64,000 bases of DNA from Acidobacteriota bacterium (lineage in GTDB: Bacteria > Acidobacteriota > Vicinamibacteria > Vicinamibacterales > JAKQTR01), in assembly GCA_040752275.1 (NCBI GenBank), contig JBFMFH010000057.1:3895-67894 (forward strand), read 5' to 3'. Positions 58,096 through 64,000 of the stretch are shown here, in pieces. How positions within the stretch are numbered: position 1 is the first letter of the stretch; the number at the start of each line of letters is the position of its first letter. A program made the translations under genes and the position numbers. Under the pieces are notes generated by a model. It was not told the DNA's origin. It saw nothing but the letters and a program-made list of their open reading frames with translations, and ran no database searches.

Positions 58096-59382
58096 ATGCC
58101 GAACAATCTGCGTCAGTCGCTGTCCATACTGATCGTCGTGCCCGGGGCGGCCCTCATGGTTGCGGCAGCCATCCCGACCCCCACCCACCAGGATGCCGTC
58201 ACAACCGCCGATGCCGTCCCCTTCGTCGACATCGTACCGCTGCCGTCGCCGGCCGCCGCCGGCGCCATGGCTCCGCATCTGTCTGCCTCACCGGACGGCC
58301 GCGTGTATCTGAGCTGGCTCGAACCCGCAGGCGATGCCGGCTGGCGTTTCAGAGTCGCGGAGCGCCAGGCCGGTGCGTGGGATGTGCGGGCGGACGTCGC
58401 CCAGGGGACCAGCTTCTTCGCGAACTGGGCGGATGTGCCTTCCGTGTTCGCCGCCAAGGACGGACGCCTCGCGGCGCACTGGCTCGAGAAGATGGGGGCC
58501 AGCACGTATGCGTACGGGATCCGCGTGCGCTCATCATCCGACGCCGGCAAGACGTGGTCGGCGGCCGTCATCCCCCATCGCGACCAGTCACCAACCGAGC
58601 ACGGGTTTCTCTCATTCTTCGATGCTCCGGGCGGCGGGATCGGGATGGTGTGGCTCGACGGCCGCGAGACGGCGGCTTCGCCCCGCGAGAGCGGTCACGG
58701 CCACGGAGGCGGCGCGATGACCTTGCGCGCAACGACCTTGACGGCAGAAGGTGATTTCGGTGCCGATGTGCTCGTTGATGATCGGGTCTGTGACTGCTGT
58801 CCGACGGCCGCTGTGGCTACGGCCAACGGCGTTCTTGCGGCCTACCGTGATCGTTCGGCCACTGAGATCCGCGATATCGGTCTGGCGCGCCTCGAGGGCG
58901 GCCGGTGGCAGCGACTCGGCGCGGTGCACCCTGACGGCTGGGAAATCCCAGGCTGCCCGGTCAACGGCCCCGCACTGGCTGCCGGCGGCGACACCGTCGT
59001 CGTGGCCTGGTTCACCGCGGCCGGAGATCAGGGGCGTGCGAACGTCGTCTTCTCGCGCGACCGTGGCGCGACGTTCGGCACCCCCGCCAGAATCGACGAC
59101 GGAAGTCCGCTCGGGCGAGTCGATGTCGAACTGCTGCCGGACGGCAGCGCGATCGTGGTGTGGATCGAGTCGAGCAAGGGCCAGGCGGCTGTTCGAGCGA
59201 GACGCGTGTTTCTCGACGGTCGCCGCGGGCCGGCCACGACTCTGGCTGACGTCGGCAACGACCGATCCAGCGGTCATCCGCGCGTGGTGCGAAGTGGCCG
59301 CGAGTTGATCTTCGCGTGGCGGACGGCCGCGCCGCACAACCTTGTGACCGCCGTCGCGCAGATCCCGCCAGACCTGCAGTAG
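58096..59382 (+). CDS. Secreted sialidase-like (BNR/Asp-box) beta-propeller protein
   Basis: Signal/anchor LSILIVVPGAALMVAAA, Asp-box SSDAGKTWS, CDCC and GCPVNGP motifs. Confidence 0.65.
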   Translation: MPNNLRQSLSILIVVPGAALMVAAAIPTPTHQDAVTTADAVPFVDIVPLPSPAAAGAMAPHLSASPDGRVYLSWLEPAGDAGWRFRVAERQAGAWDVRADVAQGTSFFANWADVPSVFAAKDGRLAAHWLEKMGASTYAYGIRVRSSSDAGKTWSAAVIPHRDQSPTEHGFLSFFDAPGGGIGMVWLDGRETAASPRESGHGHGGGAMTLRATTLTAEGDFGADVLVDDRVCDCCPTAAVATANGVLAAYRDRSATEIRDIGLARLEGGRWQRLGAVHPDGWEIPGCPVNGPALAAGGDTVVVAWFTAAGDQGRANVVFSRDRGATFGTPARIDDGSPLGRVDVELLPDGSAIVVWIESSKGQAAVRARRVFLDGRRGPATTLADVGNDRSSGHPRVVRSGRELIFAWRTAAPHNLVTAVAQIPPDLQ

Positions 59383-59515
59383 CGTGGTCTGCAGCTTCAT
59401 CGACCGCGCAGAGGACGAGGACGGACGTTCCGTTCGGGATGGCGATCCGGCGTGCCGACGCCCACCAGGCCGCCGGCGGTGATGACGACTTCGGTGTTGG
59501 GGAGGCGCTGCTCGC

Positions 59516-59929
59516 TCATCCGCCTGGCGGGCCCCGATGATCGCTGAACGGATTCTCAATTCGCACGCCGCCGAGGTCCCTGCCATCGGCAAGGTCCTCG
59601 GAGAGCACCGTCGCACAGCCGAGGGCCCGGGCGGCTTCAATCACGGCGGCATCCCAGTACGAGATCGCAGACGCGTGCGCGCGTGCGGAGGCGGCCAACA
59701 TGATGGGCACCGTGATCTCCTGTATCGGGAGGCGCAGCCAGGCCTCGACCAGGAGCGAAGCCTGCTCGTGCGAGAGGCGATCCTGCCGGGTCGATCGCGT
59801 GGCTTGAACGTAGAACTCCTGCAACACCGGCACCGCGCGCGCGTGGTCCGTCGCGTCGAGCTGGGGGCCTCGCGCGGCTCTGGCAGCCGCGAAGGAGGAC
59901 TTGCGGAGTGTCGTCGCGACGAAGAAGCC
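59516..59929 (-). pseudogene. PIN-domain (VapC-like) toxin gene lacking start and first acidic residue
   Basis: ORF 59516..59833 carries the PIN middle and C-terminus (VLQEFYV...[26 protein letters not shown]...NPF). The in-frame upstream 32 codons ([10 protein letters not shown]...) have no ATG/GTG/TTG and begin right after a TGA. Confidence 0.5.
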
Positions 59930-59959
59930 TCAAGACCTTGCGGCCTTGAGGCTGGACTG

Positions 59960-60036
59960 TGGTCGGGGCGAGTGGATTTGAACCACCGACCCCTCGGTCC
60001 CGAACCGAGTGCTCTACCAGGCTGAGCCACGCCCCG
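59960..60036 (-). tRNA. tRNA-Pro (anticodon CGG), CCA encoded
   Basis: Minus strand reads CGGGGCG-TG-GCTCAGCCTGGTAGAGC-A-CTCGG-TTCGGGA-CCGAG-GGGTC-GGTGGTTCAAATCCACT-CGCCCCG-ACCA, 77 nt. Confidence 0.9.
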
Positions 60037-60129
60037 ACAGTCTGACTAGTCTATCGCAGAGGGTTCTGGATTCCCAAGAAGATTCACGGCATGCCTGACC
60101 TGCAGACCCGATCTCCGTCTGCGATCGCC

Positions 60130-60948
60130 CTACCGTGGCCGGCGTCCGGAAATGGTCACCCGCCCACCGCGAGGGGTGATCGCGCGTCGTGCTTGTTGCG
60201 CCGCTCCGTTGTTCCGCAGCTGCCACTCGACCCGGGCCAGCGCATCGTAGGCGGTCATGTCCGGTTGCAGGGGCGTAATGGAAATGAACCCGTCGCGCAC
60301 CGCCTGGTAGTCGGACCGGTCGTGCGGCTCCCACTCGTCCTCCGCTTCGTCGATCCAGTAGTACGGCCGGTGCTTGGGATCGACCCGCTCGGCCACGGAG
60401 GTCACATGATTGCGCTTGGCCTGCACCGTCACCTTGAAGCCCTTCGTGACCTTGCGCGGCACGTTGATGTTCAGGAACGTCCGCGCCGGCAGCCCATGCG
60501 CCAGCACGAGCTCGGCCCAGCACCGGGCGGCGCGGGCCGACTCGGTGAAATCGGGGGCGCTGCGCGTCCGCTGGAGCGACACGGCAATCGCCGGCACGCC
60601 CAGCAACGCCCCTTCGAGTGCACCCGACACGGTTCCCGAATACGTCACGTCGTCGCCGAGATTCCAGCCCTTGTTGATGCCGGAGACGACGAGATCCGGA
60701 AGGCCGCGCAGCACGATGGCCACGGCAATGTTCACGCAGTCGGTCGGCGTCCCGTCAACAGCATAGGCGCTGGGGCCGATTTCTTCGAGTCGCAATGGCT
60801 GGTGCAGGGTCAGTGCATGGCCGACGGCGCTCGCTTCCTTCGCCGGCGCGACCACGAGCACCTCGCCCAGCGGCTTCAGGGCGTCGGCCAGCGTCATCAG
60901 ACCCTCGGAGCGGACACCATCATCATTGGTGACGAGAATGCGTTTCAT
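60130..60948 (-). CDS. surE: 5'/3'-nucleotidase SurE
   Basis: ORF 60130..62313 trimmed to MKRILVTNDDGVRSEG. SGINKGWNLGDDVTYSGTV motif. SD GGAAGGA precedes the ATG. Confidence 0.92.
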   Translation of the reverse strand: MKRILVTNDDGVRSEGLMTLADALKPLGEVLVVAPAKEASAVGHALTLHQPLRLEEIGPSAYAVDGTPTDCVNIAVAIVLRGLPDLVVSGINKGWNLGDDVTYSGTVSGALEGALLGVPAIAVSLQRTRSAPDFTESARAARCWAELVLAHGLPARTFLNINVPRKVTKGFKVTVQAKRNHVTSVAERVDPKHRPYYWIDEAEDEWEPHDRSDYQAVRDGFISITPLQPDMTAYDALARVEWQLRNNGAAQQARRAITPRGGRVTISGRRPR

Positions 60949-61139
60949 AGATCCTTCCATTATACGCGCGCATCGTTCCCAAGGGCTCAGGCCTCGTCTC
61001 ACAAGTCTGACGTGCGCCCGGCGCTGCCTGGGCTGGGGCCTTCGCCTGCGGCGACGGCCATCCGAGCAAGCCCTTGACCTGCGATCGCCGCGGAGGCGCG
61101 ACGATGGCGGCGGATCTGCGACCGCGCCGGGGCGTGGGG

Positions 61140-62381
61140 CTACGACGTCGTGCGGGCAAGCGTCAGCCGGGAGAGCAGTACGGAGGCCGCGAGAGCCAGG
61201 GCGGCGCCGGTCATGAATGCGGCGGGTGCGCCAAGCCCCTTCCAGATCAACCCGAAGGTCAGGCTCGCCAAGAGCGCGCCGATCCCCACGACGGCGTTGT
61301 ACCAGCCGAAGGCCAGACCTCGGATGGCAGGCGGCGCGATGTCGGCAACGACGGCCTTCTCGACGCCCTCGGTGAGGCCGTAGTAGAGCCCGTACGCGAG
61401 GAAAACCGGTACCAGCGAGACGAGCGACGAGGACAAGGCAAACCCGACATACACGGCCGCGTAGATCAGCCACCCGAGCATGATGATGCGGCGCCGTTCG
61501 AGGCGGTCCGAGAGCGACCCGCCAATGGGCGATACGCCGGCCTTCACGACGTGCAGCGCGGCCCACAGCACCGGAATCCATGGCGTGCCCATCCCCAGGT
61601 CGCTCAGACGCAGCAGCAGGAACGCGTCCGTCGAGTTCCCGAGGGCAAACACCGTGAGGATGATGAGATAGTGCCGAAACTCGGGCCCCAACTGGGGCGC
61701 TTCGGCCGGTGCCCCGCCCCCCTCCGTCCCAGCGGCCGGAGGAGCCTGCTCGACCCCGGCCTCTCGCCTTGCCCGACTCGCGACTCCCGTCTCCCGAATC
61801 CCGGTGAGCATCAGGACGGCCAACGCCCCCGGAATCACGGTCAGCAGGAACAGCGTTCGGTAGCCCTCCGGGTGGAACCACAGGAACGCCGACGCCAGCA
61901 GCGGCCCGGCGACGGCACCGGCGTGGTCCATCGCCCGGTGCAGGCCGAAGACGTAGCCGCGCGACGCCGGGTCGGCCCAGCCCGCCAGCAGCGCGTCCCG
62001 AGGCGCGCCGCGGACGCCCTTCCCAATCCGGTCGGCGAGGCGGATCAGCAGCACGTGGGGCCACGTGGCTGCAAACGCGATGAGCGGGCGGACGGTGGAC
62101 GACAACCCGTAGCCGGCCAGCACCCACGGTGTTCGCCGCTGCCAACGATCGGACAATCGTCCCGAGACGATTCGAAGCAGGGCGTTGAGTCCCTCGGCGG
62201 CGCCTTCGACGATCCCGAGCGCGAAGGCTCCCCCGCCGAGCGTGCGGGTCAGGAACAACGGCAGTAGCGGATAGACGGCCTCCGACGCGGTGTCCGTGAA
62301 GAAGCTCGTCCATGACACCAGCCAGACCGGCCGCGGCAGCTTCGGCCGCGGACCCAGGAGCGTTGCCTGACGATCGGCCAT
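61140..62381 (-). CDS. MFS transporter
   Basis: 413 aa with about 12 TM. FFTDTASEAVYPLLPLFL and GRLSDRWQRR loop motif. Confidence 0.85.
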   Translation of the reverse strand: MADRQATLLGPRPKLPRPVWLVSWTSFFTDTASEAVYPLLPLFLTRTLGGGAFALGIVEGAAEGLNALLRIVSGRLSDRWQRRTPWVLAGYGLSSTVRPLIAFAATWPHVLLIRLADRIGKGVRGAPRDALLAGWADPASRGYVFGLHRAMDHAGAVAGPLLASAFLWFHPEGYRTLFLLTVIPGALAVLMLTGIRETGVASRARREAGVEQAPPAAGTEGGGAPAEAPQLGPEFRHYLIILTVFALGNSTDAFLLLRLSDLGMGTPWIPVLWAALHVVKAGVSPIGGSLSDRLERRRIIMLGWLIYAAVYVGFALSSSLVSLVPVFLAYGLYYGLTEGVEKAVVADIAPPAIRGLAFGWYNAVVGIGALLASLTFGLIWKGLGAPAAFMTGAALALAASVLLSRLTLARTTS

Positions 62382-62385
62382 CAGG

Positions 62386-63522
62386 TCACGCCTTCAGGAA
62401 GATCTTCCGGCGATACATGACATAGAGGACGACCCAGAGCACCGCCAGATTCACCAGCGCAAACAGGAGCGACGTGTTGTGCGGGTTGCCGAGAGGCGCG
62501 AACCACGTCCGATAGGTGTAGGTCAACCACGACAGGGGCTGGCCGTCCGGACCGGTTGTCTTGTGGTAGATGAGGAACTTGGTTCCGAGGCCTGACAAGA
62601 CGAACAGCGCAATCGCATTCAGCCCCAGCACCTCGAAGGGCCAACCCCACGCCCGCCATCCTCGCAGATCGATGAGCGCGTAGCAGATCGCGAGGAAGAT
62701 CGCGGCACAGCCCCCCGTGAACCAGACATACGAGCTGGTCCACAGGCTCTTGTTGAGGGGAAACGCCAAGCCCCACGCCAGGCCCACTGCCATTGCCGCC
62801 AGGCCGGTCCCGCTCATCCACAGGACCTTGCGGAGCCCCGTCGCGTTCGAGCCCAGCCACAACCCGCCGGCGGCCCCCAGCAGCGTGGTGGCAACGGCCG
62901 GGATCGTGCTGAGGAGCCCCTCGGGATCCCACGTCCTCGACTGGACCCACAGGTGGCGCCCGAAGATGGTCCGGTCGATGTACGCGCCGAGGTTGCCAGA
63001 TGGCGATAGATCCCCGGCCACGCCGCCCGGTGGCGGCACGAACATCATCACAGCCCAGTAGCCGAGCGACAGCCCGACGGCCCAGCACAGCAGGCGCCGC
63101 CCGTGCGTCATCCGGGCGCCGTCAGCCGTCTCGCTTTCGGCCGAGGGCGACATTCGCCGGTACAGGAACGCACCCACGAGGTAGCACACCGCGATCCGCT
63201 GCAGCACGCCTGGAACGCGAGCCACGGTGAAGTCCCAGCGTGGGTAGAGCGCGAGGATCATCCCGAGCCCAAAGATCACGATCGCCCGCCGCACGATGTT
63301 CCACGGATGCTCCATCGTCGAGCGTGACATCGTCATCGACACGCCGACGATGAAGAGGAAGAACGGGAAGACCAGGTCTGTCGGCGTGCAGCCGTTCCAC
63401 TGGGCGTGCAGCAGGGGCGGGTAGACATGGCTCCAGTCGCCCGGGTTGTTGACAATGACCATGCCGGCCATGGTCAGGCCTCGGAACACGTCGAGGGATC
63501 GCAGTCGATTTGCTGGTGTCAC
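62386..63522 (-). CDS. Polytopic acyltransferase-like protein (DUF1624/DUF5009, HGSNAT-like)
   Basis: GTG at 63522 is preceded by GGAGG. RLRSLDVFRGLTMAGMVIVNNPG and multi-TM. The longer ORF runs to 63906. Confidence 0.75.
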   Translation of the reverse strand: MTPANRLRSLDVFRGLTMAGMVIVNNPGDWSHVYPPLLHAQWNGCTPTDLVFPFFLFIVGVSMTMSRSTMEHPWNIVRRAIVIFGLGMILALYPRWDFTVARVPGVLQRIAVCYLVGAFLYRRMSPSAESETADGARMTHGRRLLCWAVGLSLGYWAVMMFVPPPGGVAGDLSPSGNLGAYIDRTIFGRHLWVQSRTWDPEGLLSTIPAVATTLLGAAGGLWLGSNATGLRKVLWMSGTGLAAMAVGLAWGLAFPLNKSLWTSSYVWFTGGCAAIFLAICYALIDLRGWRAWGWPFEVLGLNAIALFVLSGLGTKFLIYHKTTGPDGQPLSWLTYTYRTWFAPLGNPHNTSLLFALVNLAVLWVVLYVMYRRKIFLKA

Positions 63523-63552
63523 GCGGGCGCCTCCGGAGGACGGGAGGTCATC

Positions 63553-64000
63553 ATGCCCGGATTGGCGTTCGTTGAAAAGGGGGCGTTTGCAATCGACCCC
63601 GCGTGGCGCTACAACAGTCGCATGGCGACGCTGGCCGACGCCCTGGCCTCCCGGACGCGGGAAGGCGAACTGTACGAGACGTACAACGGGACCTGGGTGC
63701 GCTGCTTCGCGTGCGGCCACGCCTGCCCGATTCCCGATGGGGCCGTCGGCGTCTGCAAGGTGCGCTTCAACCAGGGCGGAAGGCTGATGGTCCCGTGGGG
63801 CTACGTCGCCGGCGCCCAGTGCGATCCCATCGAGAAGAAGCCGTTCTTCCATGTCGAACCTGGTTCGCTGGCCTTCAGCTTCGGCATGCTGGGCTGCGAC
63901 CTGCACTGCGCCTACTGCCAGAACTGGCTGACATCGCAGGCCCTGCGCGATCCCGACGCCGGGACGGCCGTCAGCGAAGCCTCGCCGGCCACCCTCGCGC
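63553..64000 (+). CDS. AmmeMemoRadiSam-system radical SAM enzyme (N-terminal part, runs off window)
   Basis: GGGAGG then ATG at 63553. ELYETYNGTWVRCFACGHACPIPDGAVGVCKVRFN..., KKPFFH, and radical-SAM CDLHCAYCQNW. Confidence 0.8.
   Translation, partial: MPGLAFVEKGAFAIDPAWRYNSRMATLADALASRTREGELYETYNGTWVRCFACGHACPIPDGAVGVCKVRFNQGGRLMVPWGYVAGAQCDPIEKKPFFHVEPGSLAFSFGMLGCDLHCAYCQNWLTSQALRDPDAGTAVSEASPATLA

Noticed and set aside
59397-59519. 40-codon ORF (MSEQRLPNTEVVITAGGLVGVGTPD...) coupled by ATGA to the PIN stop.
   Set aside because: It is too short, has no recognisable family and ends in an R/P-rich tail. It is mentioned only as context for the PIN relic.
60949-62313. Upstream 455 codons of the 727-aa ORF 60130..62313, running through the MFS gene region.
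   Set aside because: Only the last 272 aa are SurE. The extension is R/G/P-rich noise out of frame with the well-supported MFS gene, and surE has its own SD and ATG at 60948.

Overview
GC-rich bacterial chromosomal segment with Gram-negative envelope machinery (Tol-Pal, Lpt, OmpA-type proteins). The gene content resembles soil Acidobacteriota/Gemmatimonadota-type genomes, but the lineage cannot be proven from sequence alone. I call about 55 protein genes and 2 tRNAs, and almost all are recognisable housekeeping genes. In window order: parA (cut by the edge), a DUF151 nuclease, miaB and recN. Then tolQ-tolR-tolA-tolB-pal-cpoB and ssb. Then a 17.5 kb minus-strand gene train: guaA-dnaE-accA-recJ-(LptC/LptA fusion)-lptB-rpoN-hpf-hprK-rapZ-EIIA(Man)-HPr-EI-cupin. 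Then a BamB-like propeller, an aminotransferase, a membrane protein, a 1.3-kaa sensor kinase, pssA-psd, DUF465, rimI-tsaB, mutS, speB, a YfgM-like TPR protein, tRNA-Arg(CCT), an OmpA-family protein, apt and acyP. Then an 1188-aa flavo/Fe-S fusion protein, followed by a block of secreted hydrolases (sortilin/BNR protein, M14, S46, sialidase-like propeller) interspersed with two tiny CxxC proteins. Finally a decayed PIN gene beside tRNA-Pro(CGG), surE, an MFS transporter, an HGSNAT-like acyltransferase and the 5' part of an AmmeMemoRadiSam radical-SAM gene. I see no CRISPR array, transposase, integrase, prophage or recognisable defence island, and no clear-cut novel multi-gene system. The most unusual items are: (1) a convergent-gene spacer built from two heptanucleotide tandem arrays around one hairpin, including a (GGGATTC)4 G-quadruplex/GGA-repeat motif; (2) a single 709-aa LptC-LptA-like multi-jellyroll protein in place of separate lptC and lptA; (3) a permease-less HprK/HPr/EI/EIIA(Man) regulatory PTS fused into the rpoN operon, with a coupled cupin gene; (4) large uncharacterised fusion proteins. 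All product calls rest on motifs I recognise by eye. No database search was possible, and start codons in this GC-rich DNA are often uncertain.
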